In this document: positions 1-8,773 of the stretch, piece after piece
Numbering within the stretch: position 1 is the stretch's first letter
Layout of the letters: the number at the start of each line of letters is the position of its first letter
DNA from: a virus
Virus record (IMG/VR): IMGVR_UViG_3300005828_000015
Location: 1 to 39,033 of that record
DNA: 39,033 nucleotides
Direction: 5' to 3' (one strand)
Program-made: the position numbers and the translations under genes
The notes under the pieces: model-generated
The model's database searches: none
Seen by the model: only the letters and a program-made list of their open reading frames with translations
Told to the model about the DNA's origin: nothing

Positions 1-120
1 AATAAACGCAGGATGGGCATGGTCGGACGAGTGTGCATTTTATGACGAGGCGGCATTCCTTGTCCTCATAGGACGAATAAGGGACAAGAAAGCGCCATGC
101 CAATGGAAGGGAACAACAAC
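1..120. repeat. Direct terminal repeat, copy 1 (identical to 38914..39033). This is a circular-closure or terminal-redundancy overlap.
   Basis: The first 120 nt (aataaacgcaggatgggcatgg...gggaacaacaac) recur base-for-base as the last 120 nt. The overlap lies inside one continuous terminase reading frame. Confidence 0.95.
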
Positions 121-865
121 ACCAAATGGATTTAATTGGGTTTACAGGAGATTTGTTAAAGAGCCGATGAATAGTTCGGTGATTGTTTTTGGTTCATCAA
201 GTGATAATGCGGAAAATCTCGGCAGCAACTATATTGATGACCTATATGCTAACTATGACCCAAAACTTGCCCAGCAAGAACTGGAAGGAAAATTTATAAA
301 TTCAACAGATGGACTTGTTTGTCATGCGTTTAATCGACACTTCAATTGTGCGAAAACAAATGACCACGACAAACAAATCTGGATGGGACTAGACTTTAAC
401 GTAAACCCTTTGTGCGGAACATTTGTTTATGAATCCAGTAATTCGCTGTTTACAACAAATGAACTATATCTAAAGCACTCCAACACATTTAAAGCCGCAA
501 AGGAGATCGCTCGGATCTATCCAGAGTGGAGGATCAAGATTGTCCCCGACGAGACCGGGAATCGAAGGAAAACAGCAGCAGCTGAAACCGATCATCAAAT
601 ACTGAGGGCGGCTCGGTTTGATGTTGTAAACTTTAAAAACCCACCGGTGAAAGACAGAGTAAACAATTTAAATCGATTGTTTCACCAACAAAGATTATTT
701 GTAGACCCAGAGAAGTGCCCCAATTTAATGAATGATTTAGAGACATTGACACATGAGTCTAAAGATGATATGCTTGGACATCTAGTAGACTCCCTTGGTT
801 ACGTTTGTTGGCATTTGCTTCCAATGAGCAAACCGAGGCGAGAAGTGTCGGTACACTACCTATAA
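2..865 (+). CDS. terL: Terminase large subunit, C-terminal part. It continues the ORF that leaves the window at 39033.
   Basis: The frame is open from base 2, with no stop before 863..865. It joins in frame to 38591..39033 through the 120-bp overlap, giving about 395 aa. The Walker B-like WAWSDE motif lies inside the repeat. The gene sits immediately upstream of the portal gene. Confidence 0.85.
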   Translation: MNAGWAWSDECAFYDEAAFLVLIGRIRDKKAPCQWKGTTTPNGFNWVYRRFVKEPMNSSVIVFGSSSDNAENLGSNYIDDLYANYDPKLAQQELEGKFINSTDGLVCHAFNRHFNCAKTNDHDKQIWMGLDFNVNPLCGTFVYESSNSLFTTNELYLKHSNTFKAAKEIARIYPEWRIKIVPDETGNRRKTAAAETDHQILRAARFDVVNFKNPPVKDRVNNLNRLFHQQRLFVDPEKCPNLMNDLETLTHESKDDMLGHLVDSLGYVCWHLLPMSKPRREVSVHYL

Positions 866-867
866 GG

Positions 868-2373
868 ATGAATATGAAAACAACACGACCATTAATAGAG
901 CTTGTTCCAAATATTGTGTCAACTTGGAATAATGACAGGAAAAACAGGGAGCTTGATTGGCATTTATATGAGATTCTGAACAACAGCCTGTTGAAGCATG
1001 TGAGAGATTCTTTAAGAGATGAGATGATTTCATCGCGGTCATATCATCAAACGATCAAGAGAATCCCATCAATAAATATTCACAAAAGGGTTGTTGATAA
1101 AACAAGCAAGGTATATATAAGGCCGCCAGTAAGAACAACAAACAAACAATCGGACAAGGACCTAATGGAAGCAATCGCGGACAACATGGAGCTTGATAAG
1201 GTGATGATGGCTTCAAATAGATTCCTTAATTCAACCTTTCGATTTTCTATTGAGCCGTATATTGATGACTCAGGCACACATCGTTGCAGGGTTCTTCCGG
1301 CGCACCAGTTTATGCCGTATGCGGACAATATCTTATATCCAAACACAATGACAGTTTATGTTAAATATATAACAACAGAGACAGATAAAGATGGTCAGGA
1401 CCATGACGTGTTGTCGCTTGTTTCAGATACTGAATTTTTGATTATTGATACGGCCAAAAGAATAAGAACAGACATAATGAGCAGCATGGGATTTTCCGCA
1501 GAAAATAGATTTGGAATTATTCCGGCCATTTATGGAAAAACAACGGAGGATATGCTCGTCCCTTTTAGGAACGAAGAGGGTATGGACATGGCCATACTTA
1601 TCCCGAAACTTTTTGCTGATATAAATTTTGCTTCAAAATACCTATCTCACTCAATAATGTGGGGAAAAAACATCAATATGGCGAAGATTGATGTTAACGC
1701 CGATGCATTTATGGACCTTGGTGATTCAGCAAACGGATCCGACCCAGAGATCGGTGTTATCACCCCGTCGGTCGATATCCCAAATCAATTGAGTTCCATA
1801 AGCTCGCAGGTGCAGAGCTACTTTGAGTCAATTGGGATAAAAACAAGCGTTGATACTGGTGGAAGTAATCCAGTAAGTGCGGTATCTAAGGCAATTGATG
1901 ACGCCGATGTAAGCGACATCCGACTTGAGCAGATTGGAATATATAAAGGAATTGAAAAAGATTTTTGGAGACTTGTCTCAATCCTTCAGGAAGACTGGGT
2001 CAGAACAAACAAATCAACAATAAAAAAGACATTTACTCCTGGGTTTGTAAATTCATTTAGGATATCCTACCCAGAAACTAAAGCACTTCAGAGCGTTAGC
2101 CAGCGACTTGATGAGGGAGAAAAATGGATGAACCTCAAGCTCTCATCGAGACGACAAATACTAAGAGAACTAAAGCCTGAGTTGACCGAGGAGCAAATTA
2201 CAGCACAACTTGCTGAGGCTGACAAAGAGATACTTGAAAGTGTTGAATTGAGGCTTGCGGGACTTCCTGGGTTAAGACCAGAAAAAAGACCGGACGGCAC
2301 TTTTCAAGAAGGAAACGAGGCAGGAGCAAACGCAAGACCAGAGAATAATATAAGAGGGCGATCCGATGGCTGA
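868..2373 (+). CDS. Portal protein (positional call)
   Basis: This 501-aa ORF starts at an ATG 3 nt after the terL stop. The tracked TTG start at 805 has no SD. Its size and its position directly after terL are typical of portal genes, and it has an acidic, coiled C-terminal third. Confidence 0.6.
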   Translation: MNMKTTRPLIELVPNIVSTWNNDRKNRELDWHLYEILNNSLLKHVRDSLRDEMISSRSYHQTIKRIPSINIHKRVVDKTSKVYIRPPVRTTNKQSDKDLMEAIADNMELDKVMMASNRFLNSTFRFSIEPYIDDSGTHRCRVLPAHQFMPYADNILYPNTMTVYVKYITTETDKDGQDHDVLSLVSDTEFLIIDTAKRIRTDIMSSMGFSAENRFGIIPAIYGKTTEDMLVPFRNEEGMDMAILIPKLFADINFASKYLSHSIMWGKNINMAKIDVNADAFMDLGDSANGSDPEIGVITPSVDIPNQLSSISSQVQSYFESIGIKTSVDTGGSNPVSAVSKAIDDADVSDIRLEQIGIYKGIEKDFWRLVSILQEDWVRTNKSTIKKTFTPGFVNSFRISYPETKALQSVSQRLDEGEKWMNLKLSSRRQILRELKPELTEEQITAQLAEADKEILESVELRLAGLPGLRPEKRPDGTFQEGNEAGANARPENNIRGRSDG

Positions 2374-2887
2374 ACGTCAACAAAAAACCGTTGACTTTTT
2401 TGTTGATCAAAGATATACTACCGAACAACGAGAAAACATCGGGAAAGAAATTATTAAGTACATTAAAGAGAGGACGTCCAAGGGAAACGGAATTGACAAT
2501 CAACCGTTTCAACAGACATCAAAATATTTGGGTAACAGAACAAACCAAAGGACATATTCTGACAGTTATAGAAATTCAAATGAATTTGAAATCGCAGGGA
2601 AAGGAGCAAGCCCGATAAACCTACGACTAACTGGAGATATGCTTGACAGCCTTGAGGTCCTTGATATAAGCTTAAGGGGCAGGATTCGGGTCGGGTTTGA
2701 ATCATCCGGCGACGAATCAGACAAAGCATGGTTTAATGAAGAGAAGGGATATCGGTTTTTGGATCTATCACAAGAAGAATTAGAAAAACTAACAAGGATT
2801 GGAGCCGGTTCAGTAAGAACACAGGCAAACGCGGTTTCCCAGAGCTTTGCTGAAAGTATAGCAAGGAGGTTGTTTGGCAGATCTTAA
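2366..2887 (+). CDS. Hypothetical head-module protein (possible minor head or morphogenesis protein)
   Basis: The ATG overlaps the portal stop by 8 nt. The gene lies between portal and scaffold. No motif was recognised. Confidence 0.5.
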   Translation: MAERQQKTVDFFVDQRYTTEQRENIGKEIIKYIKERTSKGNGIDNQPFQQTSKYLGNRTNQRTYSDSYRNSNEFEIAGKGASPINLRLTGDMLDSLEVLDISLRGRIRVGFESSGDESDKAWFNEEKGYRFLDLSQEELEKLTRIGAGSVRTQANAVSQSFAESIARRLFGRS

Positions 2888-3362
2888 TGATTTACGTGGC
2901 TTTATGGTCGATTTAAACCAAACCATAAACTCTCCAAGATTTTTAAAACAAATATGTCAGGCTCTTATTAAGAGAATTAGAGTTCGCACAAGACTTGGAA
3001 AGGGAGCAAAGCCGCCGGAAGGGGACAGGTACCCGACAGCTCACAAACTACCAAAGCTTAAGGATAAGACAATACTAAGAAGAAAACGCATGAAACGAGC
3101 AGGGAAACTAACCGGACCAGGCGCAAGGCCGCCGAAATCCGGCATAAACCGAACAGGCGGCACACTAAATCAAATACACATAGCTGCGTCAGGACGAGAG
3201 GTTTCGTTAAGACTTGGTCAAAAGGGAAAAAGGATTGCAATAGAGCTCGCTAAAATTAACCCTGACTTTGAATTTTTCAATCTATCTAAAGCTGAGTTTA
3301 ATTTTCTTCGGGACGAAATTCAAAAAGAAGTTGATAAGATACTAAAAAGGAGATTAGGATAA
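2874..3362 (+). CDS. Hypothetical, very basic head-module protein
   Basis: A TTG start lies 5 nt downstream of a strong AAGGAGG SD. The protein is K/R-rich and is coupled by a TAATG junction to the next gene. Confidence 0.5.
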   Translation: MADLNDLRGFMVDLNQTINSPRFLKQICQALIKRIRVRTRLGKGAKPPEGDRYPTAHKLPKLKDKTILRRKRMKRAGKLTGPGARPPKSGINRTGGTLNQIHIAASGREVSLRLGQKGKRIAIELAKINPDFEFFNLSKAEFNFLRDEIQKEVDKILKRRLG

Positions 3363-3958
3363 TGGCAAAAAAGCAACAAGAGCAACAAGAAGAACAGGAA
3401 AGCACAGACAAGGAAGAGTCTAAGTTTGTCCCAGTTGATGCTTATAATTCGCTTCAAGCAAAGGCAAGTTCAGAGGCACAAGCAAGAAAAGAACTTGAGG
3501 CGAGACTTGCTCAACTCGAAGCTGATCGGAAAGCAAATGAGGAGGAGGAACTCAGACAGCGCCAAGAGTTCGAAAAGCTCTGGAAAAAGGAAAAGGAGGA
3601 GAAAGAGGCTCTTGCTAAAAGATTTCAACAAAACGACCAACTTTATAAGGACTCAATAAAAAAGAGCCACTTAAAAGAGGCACTTGGCGGAAAAATAAAG
3701 GACCAATATTTAGATTTTGCTGATATTTCAAAAATTGAGCTTGACGAAAGGGGTCTTCCTACGGTAGAATCATTAAAAATGGTCGAGGAGAAGTTTAGGG
3801 AGGAGCATAGCCAGTTGATTCCTAAGTCTTCAGGGCCCGACCCAGGGGACATCCCTCCTGGTGTTGGTCCAGGGAAACCGGACCGAAACTTGGAAAGTGC
3901 AATGACGAGCCGAGAGGCTTTTTACGAGTTAATAAAACCAATTCTAACCAAAAAATAG
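3362..3958 (+). CDS. Scaffolding protein (compositional and positional call)
   Basis: The 198-aa protein is E/K/Q-rich and coiled-coil-like (QQEQQEEQES..., EARLAQLEADRKANEEEELRQRQEFEKLWKKEKEEKE). It lies directly upstream of the capsid gene. Confidence 0.6.
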   Translation: MAKKQQEQQEEQESTDKEESKFVPVDAYNSLQAKASSEAQARKELEARLAQLEADRKANEEEELRQRQEFEKLWKKEKEEKEALAKRFQQNDQLYKDSIKKSHLKEALGGKIKDQYLDFADISKIELDERGLPTVESLKMVEEKFREEHSQLIPKSSGPDPGDIPPGVGPGKPDRNLESAMTSREAFYELIKPILTKK

Positions 3959-3985
3959 AACTAAACGAACAAAGGAGTAAAGAAA

Positions 3986-4843
3986 ATGTCAATAGATGTA
4001 GCCTCAAAGGCAAAACTTGAGACCGAGCAGCTGCTTGCGTCAATGGTTCTGCAATCACTAAAGAAGGAAGTTGTTTTTTGGAACCTTCTTACTGATTTAA
4101 CGACCAGAGTAAAGCCTGGTCATAAAACGGTTAGAATTCCAAGAAATGTTGGACGTCAGGTGTCGGATACGCCATCGGATGGAAACGAGTTGGCCGATCC
4201 AACAACAGAATATAAAGATGATATTCTTAAACTTGATATCCATAAAACCGTGTACGACTATATCTATGACACAGAAGACGCGGAAACTCTTGTTGAGCTA
4301 AAATCCGACTTTTATTTTGATGCTCCCGCCGCCCTTGCTGATAAGATTGAGGATGAGATTATTGCATACATGATTGCTGTTGGTACAACTAGACCAGACG
4401 CGACAGCAAACCCCAATAAGTTTCAATTGGACGGTGTTACAACAATGAGTATTGACCAAGTCTCTTCTTTAAATCGACAGATGACAGAGGCAAACATCCC
4501 AAAAAGCGGAAGATATCTTGCTTTGTCGCCAAATCTTTTGCATGAACTTCGGATCCAGGACGGGATTTCAGATGCGTCTAAATTTGGAAATAATGACGCT
4601 GTTGTGAATGGGTTTGTCGCAACCCTCCATGGGTTCACCATCATTGAGTCCAATGGACTTTCAGCAACTCAAGCACTTGCGTTTCATCGAGATGCAGTTG
4701 TCAAGGCCTTATCGCGCCAAGTGTCGCGAGATGAAGAGAGACAGTCATCCAAAAAGCGAGAATTCGTTTCTTTGGATATCTCTTATGGTCGAGCTGCAAT
4801 AAGAAATGCCGACCTCATCTGGTTCGGTAACGAAGTAGCTTAA
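3986..4843 (+). CDS. Major capsid protein (positional call)
   Basis: A strong AAGGAG SD precedes this 285-aa ORF. It follows the scaffold gene and is followed by an 11-bp perfect hairpin. Confidence 0.6.
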   Translation: MSIDVASKAKLETEQLLASMVLQSLKKEVVFWNLLTDLTTRVKPGHKTVRIPRNVGRQVSDTPSDGNELADPTTEYKDDILKLDIHKTVYDYIYDTEDAETLVELKSDFYFDAPAALADKIEDEIIAYMIAVGTTRPDATANPNKFQLDGVTTMSIDQVSSLNRQMTEANIPKSGRYLALSPNLLHELRIQDGISDASKFGNNDAVVNGFVATLHGFTIIESNGLSATQALAFHRDAVVKALSRQVSRDEERQSSKKREFVSLDISYGRAAIRNADLIWFGNEVA

Positions 4844-4855
4844 TAAGTGCTCACC

Positions 4856-4883
4856 AGGATCTGGGAACCTAATCCCAGATCCT
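4856..4883 (+). terminator. Perfect 11-bp stem-loop after the capsid gene (partial terminator or mRNA-stabilising hairpin)
   Basis: The structure is AGGATCTGGGA - acctaa - TCCCAGATCCT, 13 nt after the capsid stop. No clear U-tract follows it. Confidence 0.5.
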
Positions 4884-4904
4884 ACCCTTTACAGGAAGTT
4901 GACG

Positions 4905-5096
4905 ATGACCGAAATTGTTTCATTGAGAGCAAAAACCGAGACTGAACTTTCTGAGATGATTAACAAATATTTCGGTATGATTGCTGGACTTAATGCTAAG
5001 ATTTTAAATATAGTCTCTGACAAGAGAGGATTTATTGCATTTATAGTTGTTGAAACAACCGCACAAACAGCCAACCTTGGAGAAATAAATGAGTGA
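4905..5096 (+). CDS. Hypothetical small protein
   Basis: The ATG lies 6 nt downstream of AGGAAG. The tracked start at 4899 is TTG. Confidence 0.45.
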   Translation: MTEIVSLRAKTETELSEMINKYFGMIAGLNAKILNIVSDKRGFIAFIVVETTAQTANLGEINE

Positions 5097-5577
5097 TTTT
5101 CCAAAGGGAAGGCTGACCAGGGATAAGGCTGCATATAGAGAGAATCCTTCTGACGGAAAAACCGACAGAAGAGTTGCCGATTTAGAGGCCATTGAAAAGC
5201 TTAACGAAATGATAATTCTCCTAGGCGGAAGCGGGAACGGTGAGATAAAAAGTGAGTATGGAGAAATAAACTCCCTCACAAGTTCAACCAAAGGGACAAT
5301 TACCAGTATTACAGCAAATATTAATAAGAAGTCATTTTTGCAGCTGGTTGAGGTTGGCGGAGAGAACATCGCGACATATACGGTTGAGATCTCGGGCGTT
5401 GTGCACGCAAAAAGGCGAACGTATTTTAGTGGGGGACTTAGTACGCGGTTTGATTTTGATAAAGACGGAGTACGTGGATTCCCCATAGATCCGGGAGACG
5501 TGGTAGAGGTCAAGGTGATTCATGAGAGGCCAACTGTTGCTGACTTTGAGGCCAGAATACAAGTTTATGAGGAGTAA
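5089..5577 (+). CDS. Hypothetical structural-module protein
   Basis: This 162-aa ORF overlaps its upstream neighbour by 8 nt. No motif was recognised. Confidence 0.5.
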   Translation: MSDFPKGRLTRDKAAYRENPSDGKTDRRVADLEAIEKLNEMIILLGGSGNGEIKSEYGEINSLTSSTKGTITSITANINKKSFLQLVEVGGENIATYTVEISGVVHAKRRTYFSGGLSTRFDFDKDGVRGFPIDPGDVVEVKVIHERPTVADFEARIQVYEE

Positions 5578-5578
5578 T

Positions 5579-5758
5579 ATGGACAAGCTAAGGGAACTCG
5601 AATTGAAAAGTAACATCATGAGAGCTGAGGCAGCAAAGGCCGAACTTGAATTTAAGATCGAAAAATTATATATTGATATTGAAAGAATGAAGGATCATGT
5701 AAAGAAACAAGACGAATTGATACAAACACACACGCTAGAATTAGGGAGTAATAAATGA
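5579..5758 (+). CDS. Hypothetical coiled-coil protein (59 aa)
   Basis: The ATG at 5579 is preceded by GAGGAG. The tracked longer start at 5522 would overlap the previous gene by 56 nt. Confidence 0.45.
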   Translation: MDKLRELELKSNIMRAEAAKAELEFKIEKLYIDIERMKDHVKKQDELIQTHTLELGSNK

Positions 5759-6519
5759 GTGATTATGATAGTTCACTACCAATAAGAACAGAGGCAGACG
5801 TTGACGAAAGAGTCCAGGTAAAGATTGTAGACGCAACGGATCCAAACATACAACAGGAGGTTGATTCAGATGGAAACTCCCATGTAGAGGCTCATGGAAA
5901 CGACCCCGGAGGACTTGATAGAGCGCTTAGAACGTCAGAACTTGGTCACGCATCAATGGACGGGGAATATCACGCATCAAACAACACAGACCCATCAAAC
6001 ATAGGGATACTTGCCCATGTGAGAAACGCATCGCCCGCCGACTCACAACAAACCGAGAGATTGACGTCGGTTGAGAATGTCGCTGGTGATACAAGAAGCC
6101 TTGATGTATCTCTCCATGACGAAGCCGGAGAACCGTATTCACAAACAAATCCACTTCCGGTCGCATTTGCTGAATCTGAGGGTGATGAGATCGCTAACTA
6201 CCAAACAAGCGCAGCGGTGGCGTCAGATGCCTCTGTTGACCATGACTATACAGTGACTGCGGCGAAGACGTTCCTTGGTCGATCCGCATGGGTCAGTGGA
6301 AGTGGAAAATTAAAGGTTGAGCTTAAGTTGGAAACTGCGGCGGCGTCTGGAGTCTATAACACGGTTTTTGTTGGGTTCAACTCAACCGGAAACCCGAATG
6401 TTTCGTTAGACATTGGAACACTAAAGCAAGTAACAGGAGCAAAGGTACGGATTTCAATAACAAACCGGGACAATCAGGCGCAGGACTTATATTCAACGCT
6501 TTCGGGCATTGAGCGGTAA
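5755..6519 (+). CDS. Hypothetical virion-module protein (254 aa)
   Basis: An ATGA overlap couples it to the upstream gene. The protein is acidic, and its N-terminal motif VKIVD...EVDSDG resembles one in the next gene. Confidence 0.5.
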   Translation: MSDYDSSLPIRTEADVDERVQVKIVDATDPNIQQEVDSDGNSHVEAHGNDPGGLDRALRTSELGHASMDGEYHASNNTDPSNIGILAHVRNASPADSQQTERLTSVENVAGDTRSLDVSLHDEAGEPYSQTNPLPVAFAESEGDEIANYQTSAAVASDASVDHDYTVTAAKTFLGRSAWVSGSGKLKVELKLETAAASGVYNTVFVGFNSTGNPNVSLDIGTLKQVTGAKVRISITNRDNQAQDLYSTLSGIER

Positions 6520-6524
6520 TAAAA

Positions 6525-7619
6525 ATGGCCGATATAGACGAGAAAAAGCAATCAGAAACGGTGCGGATTGTTGGTGGTGACGAGGAGTATGCGGTTGACG
6601 TCATATTGGATGACGGGATTAAAAAACTCGCAGCACTCGCCGACGTTACAGTTAACAGTCTGCGCGGCTTCGACCCAATAGCCGACTCCTGGTTCTATAT
6701 CGGTTCAGAGATTGATGACGATGGAACAGTTGGAACTGCTGGTGACACAATTAGAGTTCAGATTGCGGCTGGCTCAGACCAAGCGCTGTATCCCGCAATT
6801 GACGTGACGTACACATTGACTGCCGGAGATGCAGCAAATGATGAAGACGCACTTGCGACTAATGTTGCTGCTTACCTGAATGCCGACGTGACGTTTTCTG
6901 ATCTATGGAGAGCACAGAAAGTTTCAGGAAACGGTTGCGTGTACATCACGGCGAAGAAACCAGGCGGACACTACGAAAGACCAAACGCCGGAGATTTCAT
7001 GGTAACAACAACAGGAACAGTTACCGTCACTCCTGCGTTTGGAAACCTTATTCGAAGACAAAAGGCAACGTCGCTTGCTCGTGATCCATCTGATCCTCGA
7101 CAGGGTATTCTAGGAATTCAGGGATCTGTTGTTCAAACCGAAGGAGATGTTACAAGTCGATTTCAAGAAGTTTTTCCAGAACTAAGAGTTAACGGAAGTG
7201 TGACTCCCGTTGATTTCACGGTTTCGGCAGATCAAACCCAAGTTAAATTTATCACATCTGTCGTTTTTTCTGGTCGAGCAAATGGAATAAAATTTGGGCA
7301 GTTTTTATCAAGTTCTTCACTAACAAACGGGATTCAAATAACATTTAAATCAAATGATTTCATGGCGGAAAGGGAACCGATAAAAACAACGGACGACCTT
7401 CTGGATTTTCACGCAGAAGACCCAGACAATTTTGCTGTGTTTATTCAGGCAGGAGGTGATAAGTTCACGGCTGTCTTAGAGTTTAAATCGCCGCTGGAGC
7501 TTAGACCGCAGGGTGAATTTGCTGCCGACGATTATATAACAATTTCTATAAGAGACAATTTGACGTCCGGGACTTCACAGCTTAGAGCAATCGTTTCGGG
7601 CTTCAATAGGGAGTATTAA
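6525..7619 (+). CDS. Hypothetical virion-module protein (364 aa)
   Basis: This is a long uninterrupted ORF in operon context. Its N-terminal VRIVGGDEEYAVDVILDDG resembles the N-terminus of the previous product. Confidence 0.5.
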   Translation: MADIDEKKQSETVRIVGGDEEYAVDVILDDGIKKLAALADVTVNSLRGFDPIADSWFYIGSEIDDDGTVGTAGDTIRVQIAAGSDQALYPAIDVTYTLTAGDAANDEDALATNVAAYLNADVTFSDLWRAQKVSGNGCVYITAKKPGGHYERPNAGDFMVTTTGTVTVTPAFGNLIRRQKATSLARDPSDPRQGILGIQGSVVQTEGDVTSRFQEVFPELRVNGSVTPVDFTVSADQTQVKFITSVVFSGRANGIKFGQFLSSSSLTNGIQITFKSNDFMAEREPIKTTDDLLDFHAEDPDNFAVFIQAGGDKFTAVLEFKSPLELRPQGEFAADDYITISIRDNLTSGTSQLRAIVSGFNREY

Positions 7620-7621
7620 TT

Positions 7622-8062
7622 ATGTATATACCAGACAGAGATTCAAACGGAAACCTTATTCAAACAAATTCTCCGTTTTGTTCTAAGTCATTAGCAAATG
7701 GTAAGAAGGTATTTACAAGGAGTACAGGGAAAACCTTCGGTTTGGTTGTTGGTTCCAATAACTTAGACTTTACGGTTGCGTTTACGGAAGTAAAGTTTAG
7801 TGGGATTGAGATTGATAATGCCATGGTCGGTGAGTATGTAACTCTGCAAATACTTGATACTGACACAGGGACAGTTAGTGGTACACCAAACTTAGTATTA
7901 AATCAATTCGGAGATTGTGTTAATCTTCCCAATGGATTTTATCGGCGGGAAAGCCCGTACGACGCTGACCTATTTGTTGGTCTTAAAATTCGGGTTATTT
8001 ATTATGCGACTGAAGCCAGGACGATTGGAATTAATTATAGTCTGCACGAGCTGAAGGTATAA
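7622..8062 (+). CDS. Hypothetical protein (146 aa)
   Basis: The ORF is tightly packed in the operon, starting 2 nt after the upstream stop. Confidence 0.5.
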   Translation: MYIPDRDSNGNLIQTNSPFCSKSLANGKKVFTRSTGKTFGLVVGSNNLDFTVAFTEVKFSGIEIDNAMVGEYVTLQILDTDTGTVSGTPNLVLNQFGDCVNLPNGFYRRESPYDADLFVGLKIRVIYYATEARTIGINYSLHELKV

Positions 8063-8064
8063 TC

Positions 8065-8556
8065 ATGAGGATAGACTATCTGTTTAGCCGAAATCGAAAA
8101 ATGGGATCAAGGCTGATATCATGGGCGGCTAAATTTGAGGGATTGGACATAGAAAAGAGACCGAGCCACGTCGCCGTTCTTGTTGACAATATTTGGGTCA
8201 TTGAGTCAACAATGACAACCGGCGTTCGGATTATCCCATACTGGCGATGGCGCGAACTAAACGAGCAACTATACAAAATCCAGTATAGTGAGGTTTTTAT
8301 TGATTCTAGGAGTGTTCTGTCCAGGCTTTTAACTGTTTGGGGGAGAGGGTATGACTGGGTTGGCATACTTTATTTCGCCTACAGATACTTGCGATTGATT
8401 GTTTTTCGTGATAAACTACCAAGAAGAAACAGATTACAGGACAGAAATAGGTATTTTTGTACTGAGTTTATAAGCACACTAACAGGCGAAGATCTTTCAA
8501 TGAAGTCTCCTGCGAAAATATGTAATGATTGGATGACATATGAACGACCAAAATGA
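8065..8556 (+). CDS. Permuted papain-fold (NlpC/P60 superfamily, YiiX/C92-like) peptidase or amidase
   Basis: A His-bearing segment (RPSHVAVLVDNIWVIESTMTTGVRI) precedes a Cys-bearing segment (NRYFCTEFIS), with GRGYDW between them. This His-before-Cys order is the signature of the permuted YaeF/YiiX family. Confidence 0.5.
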   Translation: MRIDYLFSRNRKMGSRLISWAAKFEGLDIEKRPSHVAVLVDNIWVIESTMTTGVRIIPYWRWRELNEQLYKIQYSEVFIDSRSVLSRLLTVWGRGYDWVGILYFAYRYLRLIVFRDKLPRRNRLQDRNRYFCTEFISTLTGEDLSMKSPAKICNDWMTYERPK

Positions 8557-8773
8557 CTATAAACTAGATAAGTGCTTAGAAAAGCTACATGAACTTGACT
8601 TAAAAATAGCAACGCTTCAGAGCCTTGTAAAGAGAATGAATCAGTTTGAGGACAAACTTGATAGGGTTGAAACAAAGCTTTTCCGTCTAACAATCACTCT
8701 TGTTGTTGTCCTTAGTTCGCTTGCCGCACACTACGGAACAGAGCTACTTAAAATTATGAAGGTCTTTATATGA
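8540..8773 (+). CDS. Small coiled-coil protein with a C-terminal transmembrane helix
   Basis: The 77-aa product contains the hydrophobic segment LFRLTITLVVVLSSLAAHY. The gene overlaps the peptidase gene by 17 nt. Confidence 0.45.
   Translation: MNDQNDYKLDKCLEKLHELDLKIATLQSLVKRMNQFEDKLDRVETKLFRLTITLVVVLSSLAAHYGTELLKIMKVFI

Noticed and set aside
1-120. Terminal repeats as ends of a transposon, an IS element or LTRs
   Set aside because: The repeats are direct rather than inverted. They lie inside one continuous terminase ORF, and no transposase is present. This is consistent with circular closure.
805-867. Upstream TTG start for the portal ORF, overlapping terL by 61 nt
   Set aside because: It has no SD. 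The ATG at 868, 3 nt after the terL stop, fits the genome's tight coupling pattern better.
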